This document shows positions 9,002 to 16,803 of a stretch of 64,000 nucleotides of DNA, one piece after another (position 1 is the stretch's first letter; the number at the start of each line of letters is the position of its first letter). The stretch is from an uncultured Bacteroides sp. (GTDB taxonomy: Bacteria > Bacteroidota > Bacteroidia > Bacteroidales > GCA-2748055): positions 25,370 through 89,369 of the forward strand of contig CAYVRK010000013.1 of the NCBI GenBank assembly GCA_964453785.1, given 5' to 3'. Position numbers and translations under genes: made by a program. The notes beneath the pieces are model-generated. The model saw nothing but the letters and a program-made list of their open reading frames with translations, ran no database searches and was not told where the DNA came from.

Positions 9002-9871
9002 ATGTTGAAAAAACAAATATCTTTATCTTTCATGATACTTTTCTCACCGGCCAAGGTCAATATTGGCCTGCATATAACCGGACGCAGACCGGATGGATTT
9101 CACAACCTTCAGTCCGTGATGGTTCCAATCGGGCTCTGTGACATTCTGGAAATAAGGCAAATGAAATCCCATAAAGGAGGTTTGCATTTCTCACAGTCAG
9201 GCATCCCGGTGGATGGGGACCCGGGGAAGAACCTCGTTGAAAAAGCCTATGAAATCATGTCCGGGGTATCAGATCTGCCTCCGGTGGAGATACATCTGCA
9301 CAAGCAAATCCCGGTGGGTGCGGGGCTTGGAGGAGGATCATCCAATGCCAGCGTGACCTTGAAAGGGCTGAACCAGCTTATACCAAAAGCCCTTTCACTG
9401 GAACAACTGTCTCAAATGGCCACTCATCTTGGAAGTGATTGCCCGTTTTTTTTGTATCAAAAGCCGATGTTCATGGAAGGCAGGGGGGAAATACTCGGCC
9501 AGGTGTCCATTGGACTTGAGGGCATGACCATGGTGGTCCTGTTCCCTCGGATCCATTTATCCACAGCAATGGCCTATGCGGGTGTGGAACCGCTTGCTCC
9601 GATGACACACCTCAGAGAGCTGATTGCAGCCCCGATAGAAGATTGGAAAAAATTGATTATCAATGACTTTGAGAAGGGTATTTTTGAAAAATACCCTGAA
9701 CTTGAGATCTTCAAGCAGGGCCTTTACAAATCAGGAGCAATCTATGCTTCACTGAGCGGAAGCGGCTCCTCGCTTTTTGGAATTTTCCCGGGGATGCCAA
9801 ACCTGCCGCCACATCTCTCCAGGTTTGTGATATGGAAAGGTGAGGCAGGCAAGCTGCCTGCCCCTATTTAA
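9002..9871 (+). CDS. ispE: 4-(cytidine 5'-diphospho)-2-C-methyl-D-erythritol kinase
   Basis: PAKVNIGLHITGRRPDGFHNL and the GHMP kinase motif IPVGAGLGGGSSNAS. The true start may be the ATG at 9032 (MILFSPAKVN). Confidence 0.9.
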   Translation: MLKKQISLSFMILFSPAKVNIGLHITGRRPDGFHNLQSVMVPIGLCDILEIRQMKSHKGGLHFSQSGIPVDGDPGKNLVEKAYEIMSGVSDLPPVEIHLHKQIPVGAGLGGGSSNASVTLKGLNQLIPKALSLEQLSQMATHLGSDCPFFLYQKPMFMEGRGEILGQVSIGLEGMTMVVLFPRIHLSTAMAYAGVEPLAPMTHLRELIAAPIEDWKKLIINDFEKGIFEKYPELEIFKQGLYKSGAIYASLSGSGSSLFGIFPGMPNLPPHLSRFVIWKGEAGKLPAPI

Positions 9872-10214
9872 ACTCAAGAAGCGGTTGTGCCTTTGATACC
9901 AGTTCCCCCTCCTTTACGTGGATTTTTTTAATCACGCCGGGTCTCAACGCCCTGATTTCATTGCGCATTTTCATGGCCTCAAGGATCAGCATGGGTGTGC
10001 CTGACTCCACTGCATCCCCAACTTTCACCATCAGTCTCTGAATGGTACCGGGAATCACGGCAAGGATCATCTTTTCGTTGGGGCGGCTCCAAAATCTCCG
10101 GTTCCTGAACTTGGTTGTGATCCGGGTCACATACCGGACACTACCGATCTCAAGTTCCACCAGGGGAGGTTCAGGTTTCGAGGTGGTCTTTCCGGGTTTA
10201 TATGCAGTACTCAT
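9864..10214 (-). CDS. Biotin carboxyl carrier (biotinyl-domain) subunit
   Basis: 116 aa. The C-terminal biotinyl domain carries the biotin-attachment motif LILEAMKMRNEI. It lies immediately downstream of the carboxyltransferase gene. Confidence 0.85.
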   Translation of the reverse strand: MSTAYKPGKTTSKPEPPLVELEIGSVRYVTRITTKFRNRRFWSRPNEKMILAVIPGTIQRLMVKVGDAVESGTPMLILEAMKMRNEIRALRPGVIKKIHVKEGELVSKAQPLLEFK

Positions 10215-10223
10215 GGTGTGGGT

Positions 10224-11768
10224 TTAAAATGGTGGAACTCCATGCTTTTTTGCCGGCATGCCTACACTCTTGTCGCCGGATACTTCCAGCGCATGGAGAA
10301 GTGACTTCCTGGTTTCACTGGGTTCGATCACAGAATCGATATACCCCTTAGCAGCTGCCACATATGGATTGGCAAACTTATCCTTGTATTCCTGTACTTT
10401 CTGTGCTCTGACTTTGTCAGGATCTTTGGCAGTCGCAATCTCCTTTCTGAAAATGATATTGGCAGCACCTTCGGGACCCATAACAGCCACTTCAGCGTCC
10501 GGCCAGGCGAACACGAAATCTGCCCTCAGATGCCTTGAATTCATGGCAATATATCCACCACCATAAGCTTTCCTCAAAATCACACTAATTTTCGGGACTG
10601 TCGCTTCCGAATATGCATACAGCACCTTGGCTCCGTGCCTGATCACACCTGCATGCTCCTGGTCCACACCCGGAAGGTATCCAGGCAGGTCTACAAAGGT
10701 GACAATGGGTATATTAAATGCATCACAGTATCGAATGAACCTGGCTGACTTATCGGACGAATCAACATCAAGCACTCCAGCAAGAACAAGGGGTTGGTTT
10801 GCAACAAAACCCACGGTGTGTCCATTCATGGTCCCGAAACCGATGACAATGTTGGCAGCCCAGCTCTCCTGGACTTCAATGAAATCTGATCCGTCTGTCA
10901 CCGCTCTGATCACATTTCTCACATCATAGGGCTGTCTCTTTTCAGCCGGAACAATATTGGAGATATTGTACTTCTTCAATGGTTCCTTGAGCTCTCTCTG
11001 TTTCGGAACATCCGTATTTGACCTTGGGAGATAGGAGAGCAGGGATTTGATCTGCTCAAAACACTCGTCTTCTGTTTCAGCAAAGAAGTGTGCATTCCCG
11101 GTAATCTCGGAGTGTACCCGGGCACCACCCAACTCCTCCATGGTAATGTCCTCGCCCAGCACAGTCTTGATCACTTCCGGTCCGGTGATAAACATCTTTG
11201 AGATTTTGTCTACTACAAACACAAAATCGGTTAATGCAGGAGAATAAACGGCTCCTCCGGCACATGGCCCCAGGATGACAGATATCTGTGGGATGACACC
11301 CGATGCCAGGGTGTTGCGAAAAAAGATCTCCCCATATCCTGCAAGGGAATTCACTCCTTCCTGGATTCGGGCCCCACCTGAATCATTGATCCCAATCAAC
11401 GGAATCCTCATTTTCAGGGAGTGGTCCATGATCTTGGTAATTTTCCTGGCATGCATATTCCCCAACGAACCTCCAGCCACAGTAAAATCCTGCGCAAAGA
11501 TACACACCGGTCTCCCGCCGATTGCCCCTGAACCGGTGATTACTCCGTCCCCGTGGAGCTTTTTCTGGTCCATGCCGAAGTCCCGTGCTTCATGCTCCAC
11601 AAACAGGTCATATTCATTGAATGAGCCTTCATCCAATAGTTTCAGGATCCGTTCACGGGCAGTCATTTTTCCCATGGCTACCTGCTTCTGTATGGCTTGT
11701 TCACCACCGCCCTGGAGTACCTCCTCCCTGCGCTTAATGAGTTCCTCAACCTTTTTTTTAGAAGCCAT
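10224..11768 (-). CDS. Acyl-CoA carboxylase carboxyltransferase subunit (methylmalonyl-CoA/propionyl-CoA carboxyltransferase family)
   Basis: 514 aa. Two crotonase-like CT halves with typical motifs: AQDFTVAGGSLG, NDSGGARIQEG and RKAYGGGYIAM. Confidence 0.92.
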   Translation of the reverse strand: MASKKKVEELIKRREEVLQGGGEQAIQKQVAMGKMTARERILKLLDEGSFNEYDLFVEHEARDFGMDQKKLHGDGVITGSGAIGGRPVCIFAQDFTVAGGSLGNMHARKITKIMDHSLKMRIPLIGINDSGGARIQEGVNSLAGYGEIFFRNTLASGVIPQISVILGPCAGGAVYSPALTDFVFVVDKISKMFITGPEVIKTVLGEDITMEELGGARVHSEITGNAHFFAETEDECFEQIKSLLSYLPRSNTDVPKQRELKEPLKKYNISNIVPAEKRQPYDVRNVIRAVTDGSDFIEVQESWAANIVIGFGTMNGHTVGFVANQPLVLAGVLDVDSSDKSARFIRYCDAFNIPIVTFVDLPGYLPGVDQEHAGVIRHGAKVLYAYSEATVPKISVILRKAYGGGYIAMNSRHLRADFVFAWPDAEVAVMGPEGAANIIFRKEIATAKDPDKVRAQKVQEYKDKFANPYVAAAKGYIDSVIEPSETRKSLLHALEVSGDKSVGMPAKKHGVPPF

Positions 11769-11842
11769 TGTAGTTGGTATTGATTTGCGGATACAATCTT
11801 ACGAAAAACTGAACGCATTGTAAAACTGTTTCATAATATATC

Positions 11843-12976
11843 CTATTTGGGTGCCAAGCGGAACAGGAAGAGTGCCACCACCAGAAAGAACACATTGGGA
11901 AGCCAGACTGCAACCATGACCGGAAGAAGTCCGCCGATGGCAAACTGTTTCGAAAACTGCGTAAACAGGATGTACGTGAAACTGATAACCACACCTATGG
12001 CAATCTGCAGTCCGATCCCTCCTCTCATTTTCCGTGAAGATACCGCCACACCGATCAGAGTCAGGATAAAAGTTGAAAATGGGAACGAGAGCCTGTTTTG
12101 TCTTTCGATCTGGTAAACAGTTACATTGGTTTCCCCCTGCATGATTTGCTTTTTAATAAATTCATCCAGCTCTTTGAGTCTCATGGTTTCTACAATATTC
12201 AGGCGGATTTTGAAATCATCCGGATGAATACTGAGGGTGGTATCAATCATTTTTCCTTCCTCGATCGTTTCATTCAGTCCATCAATGGTTCTGATGTAAT
12301 AGCGCCTGGCCTGCCATTTATTGACAGCTGTATCCCACCTGATCTGGTCGGCAAACATTTTCGAAACCAGTTCACCGTTCTCAAATTTCTCAATGGTAAA
12401 ATTGTATCCCACTTTTGAAACGTTGCTGTAATTCTGCAGATACACGTAAATTCCTGGTTCAATCTGCCTGTGAAAATCTTTCGTTTTAAACTTGATCGGC
12501 TTTTTCCTCACAAAGGTCTCCTCGAAATCCAGTTTCACTTTGTTTGCATTGGGGATCACCCGGTCACTCAGGTAAAATGAGAGACCGGCGATCAGGGTGG
12601 CTGAGATCAGATAGGGTACAAGCAGTCTGCGGAAACTCATCCCGCTGCCCAGGATGGCAACTATTTCTGTATTGTAAGCCATCCGGGATGTGAAATAGAT
12701 CACCGCGATAAAAGCAAACAGGGAACTGAACAGGACCGCAAAATAAGGAATAAAGTTCAGGTAGTAATCGAACAGGATCTCATTCAGCTTTGCACCGCTT
12801 TCGATAAAATCATCGATTTTCTCTGAGAGGTCGAAGATTACCACAATGGAAAGGATAAGGGCAATGGAAAGGAAAAATGAACCCAGAAACTTCCGGATTA
12901 CATACAGATCAATGATTTTAAGACCCAAAAGCCTTACAATCTTGTACTTAAAAGCGGTGCCATTTTTGATTTCCAT
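11843..12976 (-). CDS. LptF/LptG-family LPS export permease
   Basis: 377 aa. The N-terminus IIDLYVIRKFLGSFFLSI is typical of YjgP/YjgQ. The layout is 3 TM helices, a periplasmic beta-jellyroll segment, then 3 TM helices. The first 43 nt overlap the tgt 3' end. Confidence 0.85.
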   Translation of the reverse strand: MEIKNGTAFKYKIVRLLGLKIIDLYVIRKFLGSFFLSIALILSIVVIFDLSEKIDDFIESGAKLNEILFDYYLNFIPYFAVLFSSLFAFIAVIYFTSRMAYNTEIVAILGSGMSFRRLLVPYLISATLIAGLSFYLSDRVIPNANKVKLDFEETFVRKKPIKFKTKDFHRQIEPGIYVYLQNYSNVSKVGYNFTIEKFENGELVSKMFADQIRWDTAVNKWQARRYYIRTIDGLNETIEEGKMIDTTLSIHPDDFKIRLNIVETMRLKELDEFIKKQIMQGETNVTVYQIERQNRLSFPFSTFILTLIGVAVSSRKMRGGIGLQIAIGVVISFTYILFTQFSKQFAIGGLLPVMVAVWLPNVFFLVVALFLFRLAPK

Positions 12977-14064
12977 GTGGCAAAAGTTCCTCGTTTGATC
13001 TCTTTAAAAGCCTGTCTGACCAGCCAGAGATAAAAGGCCAGGTTATGAAGGCTGGCGATCTGGGCGCCCAGCATTTCGCCAGATATAATTAAATGACGCA
13101 GATAAGCCCTTGAATATTGCATATCTACAAAACTGTGGGCGTCAGGATCGACGGGTGAAAAGTCGTCCATCCATTTCCTGTTCCTGATATTGATGATTCC
13201 AAGGGCGGTGAACAGCATACCGTTTCTTCCATTGCGCGTGGGCATGACGCAATCAAACATATCCACGCCCAGAGAGATGGCCTCCAGGATATTTACCGGT
13301 GTACCAACTCCCATGAGGTAGCGGGGCTTGTCGACCGGTAAAATGCCATTGACAAGCTCCACCATGGCATACATCTCTTCAGGGGGTTCCCCCACGGAAA
13401 GTCCCCCGATGGCATTCCCAACAGCCCCCTGGTGAGCCACAAAATGTGCAGATTCTATTCTCAGTTCAGGGAAAACGCTTCCCTGCACAATGGGAAAGAA
13501 AGCCTGTCCGTGACCGTACAGGGGCTCAGTCTCCCGGAATTGCTTAAGTCCTCGCTTCAGCCATTGATGTGTCAGGGTCAGGGACTCCCTGGCATACTTC
13601 AGGTCGCAGGGCCAGGGGGTACACTCATCGAAGGCCATCATGATGTCGGCCCCGATGATCCGCTGGATATCAACTATGGACTCTGGAGTGAAGAGATGTT
13701 TGGAACCATCAATGTGAGAATTGAACCGGGCCCCTTCCACCGTCAGCTTCCTGTTGGCTGCCAGGGAAAAAACCTGGTATCCCCCGCTGTCAGTAAGGAT
13801 AGACCGGTCCCAGTTCATAAATGAATGCAGGCCCCCTGCCTGTTTCATGATCTCAAGGCCCGGACGAAGATACAAATGGTATGTGTTCCCCAGAATGATT
13901 GCTGCATCAATATCATTGCTTAACTCCCGTTGATGGATTCCCTTCACACTGCCGGCAGTCCCCACGGGCATAAAAACCGGTGTCCTGATCTCAGAATGAT
14001 CGGTCCGGATGATTCCTGCCCGGGCCTGGCTGCCCGGGTCTGTGTGTAGGATCTCAAACTTCAT
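12934..14064 (-). CDS. tgt: tRNA-guanine transglycosylase (queuine tRNA-ribosyltransferase)
   Basis: The track ORF extends to 14217. The homologous start is the ATG at 14064 (MKFEILHTDPGSQARAGIIRTDHSEIRTPVFMPVGT). Motifs are LTDSGGYQVFSL and the Zn site (C..C.C...H region CVMPTRNGRNG). Confidence 0.95.
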   Translation of the reverse strand: MKFEILHTDPGSQARAGIIRTDHSEIRTPVFMPVGTAGSVKGIHQRELSNDIDAAIILGNTYHLYLRPGLEIMKQAGGLHSFMNWDRSILTDSGGYQVFSLAANRKLTVEGARFNSHIDGSKHLFTPESIVDIQRIIGADIMMAFDECTPWPCDLKYARESLTLTHQWLKRGLKQFRETEPLYGHGQAFFPIVQGSVFPELRIESAHFVAHQGAVGNAIGGLSVGEPPEEMYAMVELVNGILPVDKPRYLMGVGTPVNILEAISLGVDMFDCVMPTRNGRNGMLFTALGIINIRNRKWMDDFSPVDPDAHSFVDMQYSRAYLRHLIISGEMLGAQIASLHNLAFYLWLVRQAFKEIKRGTFATWKSKMAPLLSTRL

Positions 14065-14137
14065 AGGAAATTCAACCAGCCAAAGATAAGCAATTGTTGA
14101 AAATCTACTTTTTCTTTTCCAAACCTGCCGGTTAAAT

Positions 14138-15289
14138 TTGCAAAGCATGAATCTGAAAACGATGATAGGAAGCGCCGGGGTACCTGAATGGATCCTGCTG
14201 GCACTGTTTTTTACCACATTTCTAATACAATGTTGGTATTACCTGGGCGTATATATTCAATTACCTCTGTATAAACCTTCCAAAAAGCAGAAAAAAAGCA
14301 AGGGAATCTCAGTGGTGATCTGCGCAAAGAATGAGGCCCATAACCTGGAAAAATTCCTTCCTATGATACTCACACAGGAGTATCCTGAATATGAAGTGAT
14401 TGTTGTGAACGATTGTTCCACGGACCATACCGAGGAGGTTCTAAACCAGTTTTCAGCCCGGTATAAACATCTCAGGTTTACCACCATCCCGGCCAATGAA
14501 AAATTCCGGCATGGCAAAAAACTTGCCCTGACCGTGGGACTAAAATCGGCAGGCTTTGACCAGGTCCTGCTTACAGACGCGGACTGCTATCCAGCTACAG
14601 ATCAATGGATTCGGCACATGTCTTCCCGTCTGAGCAAAGAGAAGGCGTTTGTTCTCGGCTATGGTCGTTATGAACAAAAAAAAGGACTTCTGAATGCGCT
14701 GATCAGGTATGAGACAGTCTTTACAGCCATTCAATATTTTTCATTTGCCCTGAAGGGGAGACCCTATATGGGGGTAGGAAGAAACCTGGGATACCGGAAA
14801 TCACTCTTTTTTAAAAGCGGGGGCTTTTCGAATCACTACCATATTGCTTCAGGAGATGATGACCTTTTTGTAAATGAGCATGCCAACAGGAAAAACACGG
14901 CCATAGAGATTGATCCCGAAAGCCATACAATTTCAATACCAAAAGTAAGCCTTGGAAGCTGGATCAGGCAGAAACAGAGGCATGTTTCGGCAGGAAACCT
15001 GTACGATCCGGGGTCACGGTTCAGGCTGGGGACAGACATGATCAGCCGCCTGTTGTTTTACATCACCTTTGGAATACTCTGTTTCATGTCAGCATGGATA
15101 TGGCCTGTGGTCTTCCTGTTTGGGTTATTCCAGATCATCCGGATGACCATTTTCAAATTGGGAATGGTCCGTTTGAATGAAAAGTATTTATTGCTACCTT
15201 CGTTCCTGTTTGATCCGGTCCTCCCTCTTGTTCTGGGTATTATCTGGTTCAGAAATATTTTTGTTACAAAGTATCAGCCATGGAGTTAA
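14138..15289 (+). CDS. Family 2 glycosyltransferase with flanking TM helices (membrane GT2)
   Basis: 383 aa. ISVVICAKNEAHNLEKFLP, VVNDCSTDHT, the LTDADC (DxD) motif and a QRxRW-like segment (WIRQKQRHVSAG). TM helices lie at the N- and C-termini. Confidence 0.85.
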   Translation: MQSMNLKTMIGSAGVPEWILLALFFTTFLIQCWYYLGVYIQLPLYKPSKKQKKSKGISVVICAKNEAHNLEKFLPMILTQEYPEYEVIVVNDCSTDHTEEVLNQFSARYKHLRFTTIPANEKFRHGKKLALTVGLKSAGFDQVLLTDADCYPATDQWIRHMSSRLSKEKAFVLGYGRYEQKKGLLNALIRYETVFTAIQYFSFALKGRPYMGVGRNLGYRKSLFFKSGGFSNHYHIASGDDDLFVNEHANRKNTAIEIDPESHTISIPKVSLGSWIRQKQRHVSAGNLYDPGSRFRLGTDMISRLLFYITFGILCFMSAWIWPVVFLFGLFQIIRMTIFKLGMVRLNEKYLLLPSFLFDPVLPLVLGIIWFRNIFVTKYQPWS

Positions 15290-15885
15290 ATCCCAATCTT
15301 TCCCAGAAAGCACAGCAGGACATGGAACTGGTGGAAAAAGCCAAGAAAGGTGACCAGCTTGCTTACGGAGAACTTCTTGGCCGCTACCGGGATGCCATCT
15401 ATTTCATGCTTCTTAAGATGGTAAACAGTCCGGTTGATGCGGAAGATCTTACCATAGAGGCCTTTGGTAAAGCCTTCAAAAACATCGATCAATACACTCC
15501 GAACTTTGCATTCTCAACCTGGCTTTTCAAAATAGCCACGAACAATTGTATAGATTTTATCAGAAAAAAGCGGGCAAGTCATGTTTCCCTGGACCAGACC
15601 ATGGATGGTGATGACTCCCTGACCCCCTCTGCTATGATACAATCTGACGTCCTGGATCCCGAATCATATTTGATCAACAAGCAGAAAATCAAGCATATGC
15701 ATAATGTAGTCTCCAGGCTTAAGCCGAGGTACAGGACGCTGGTTGAACTACGTTATTTCAAAGAGTATTCCTACGACGAGATCGCGGAAGAACTGGATAT
15801 TCCCATTGGCACTGTAAAAGCACAACTTTTCAGAGCCAGGGAACTGCTTCTGAATATCCTCAATAGGTCCAGGGAGAAGCCCTAA
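15280..15885 (+). CDS. ECF-type RNA polymerase sigma-70 family factor
   Basis: 201 aa. Region 2 reads YRDAIYFMLLKMVNSPVDAEDLTIEAFGKAF...STWLFKIATNNCIDFIRK. Region 4 reads EYSYDEIAEELDIPIGTVKAQLFRAR. The start ATG lies inside the GT2 stop context (ccATGGAGTTAA). Confidence 0.9.
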   Translation: MELNPNLSQKAQQDMELVEKAKKGDQLAYGELLGRYRDAIYFMLLKMVNSPVDAEDLTIEAFGKAFKNIDQYTPNFAFSTWLFKIATNNCIDFIRKKRASHVSLDQTMDGDDSLTPSAMIQSDVLDPESYLINKQKIKHMHNVVSRLKPRYRTLVELRYFKEYSYDEIAEELDIPIGTVKAQLFRARELLLNILNRSREKP

Positions 15886-15888
15886 TCC

Positions 15889-16506
15889 ATGGACCTGATC
15901 CGAAAATACTTCCCGGAGATTGATACGAAACAGTCCAGACAGTTTGAGAAACTCCTTGAGGTGATTCCCAATCTGAATCAAAAGGTAAATGTGATCTCCA
16001 GGAAAGATGTTGATTCCCTTGAAGAGAGACACATCCTGCATTCCTTATCCATTGCCAGGCAATTTACCTTCGAATCCCATCAGTCGATTATCGATGCGGG
16101 GACTGGCGGGGGATTCCCCGGCATTCCCCTGGCCATTCTTTTCCCGGAAACCGGTTTTACCCTGGTGGATTCAATAGGTAAAAAGATCAACCTGGTCAGG
16201 GAGGTAAGTGAAGTGCTTGAATTGAAAAATGTCCGACCGGTGCATGCACGGGTGGAAACACTGAACATCAGGGCTGATTTTGTGGTATCCAGGGCAGTAA
16301 CAGCTTTGCCCAGACTCTATCAATGGACCCGGAGACTGATCAAACCTGGCTCCAATGATGCCCGGAATGGCCTGATCGCCCTGAAAGGTGGCGCCCTAGA
16401 TCCGGAACTGACATCCTTTACGGGAAGGGTTGAATTGTATCCCATATCAAGGTGGTTTGAAGAGTCATTTTTTTCAACTAAAATGATTGTTTTTCTAAAA
16501 TATTAG
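15889..16506 (+). CDS. rsmG: 16S rRNA (guanine527-N7)-methyltransferase
   Basis: 205 aa. SAM motif IDAGTGGGFPGIPLAI with an overall GidB-like layout. Confidence 0.92.
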   Translation: MDLIRKYFPEIDTKQSRQFEKLLEVIPNLNQKVNVISRKDVDSLEERHILHSLSIARQFTFESHQSIIDAGTGGGFPGIPLAILFPETGFTLVDSIGKKINLVREVSEVLELKNVRPVHARVETLNIRADFVVSRAVTALPRLYQWTRRLIKPGSNDARNGLIALKGGALDPELTSFTGRVELYPISRWFEESFFSTKMIVFLKY

Positions 16507-16535
16507 CTACTTTTGCACCCTCAAAATAGATTGTC

Positions 16536-16694
16536 ATGAAAAGAACATTTCAGCCATCCAACAGGAAAAGGAAGAACAAACACGGGTTCAGGGAGCGGAT
16601 GGCAACGGCCAGTGGCCGCAGCATTATTTCCGGAAGGAGAAGGAAAGGTCGCAAGAAATTATCAGTTTCTGACGAACCCAGGCACAAAGCATAA
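16536..16694 (+). CDS. rpmH: 50S ribosomal protein L34
   Basis: Below the ORF-track size cutoff. My translation is [52 protein letters not shown], which carries the canonical L34 signature [16 protein letters not shown]. Confidence 0.93.
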   Translation: MKRTFQPSNRKRKNKHGFRERMATASGRSIISGRRRKGRKKLSVSDEPRHKA

Positions 16695-16722
16695 CTGTTC
16701 TTCTGAAAAAGATACTTTGAAT

Positions 16723-16752
16723 AACTGACCGGTTTCCGGTTGGTTATTTTTT
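16723..16752 (+). terminator. Candidate intrinsic terminator after rpmH
   Basis: AACTGACCGG-TTT-CCGGTTGGTT followed by ATTTTTTT. The core stem is ACCGG/CCGGT, with flanking AAC/GTT. Confidence 0.55.
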
Positions 16753-16803
16753 TGTCCGGACTTTTGTGGAGAATTTGTAATTTGGCATCTGTTTTTATTC
16801 CCC

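Noticed and set aside
12934-12976. 43-nt overlap between the tgt 3' end and the lptF/G-like 5' end
   Set aside because: There is no alternative in-frame ATG in the lptF/G-like gene, and both frames look intact. I treat it as an ordinary same-strand overlap and not a frameshift or fusion.
14065-14217. N-terminal extensions in the track for tgt, and likewise for ddl (24760), dcp (50720), pcm (54422), gcvP (55787), the MerR gene (59246), DUF4136 (42268) and the Trx/Grx fusion (49680)
   Set aside because: The extensions start at non-ATG codons or overlap neighbouring genes and precede the conserved N-termini or signal peptides. Internal ATG starts fit better.
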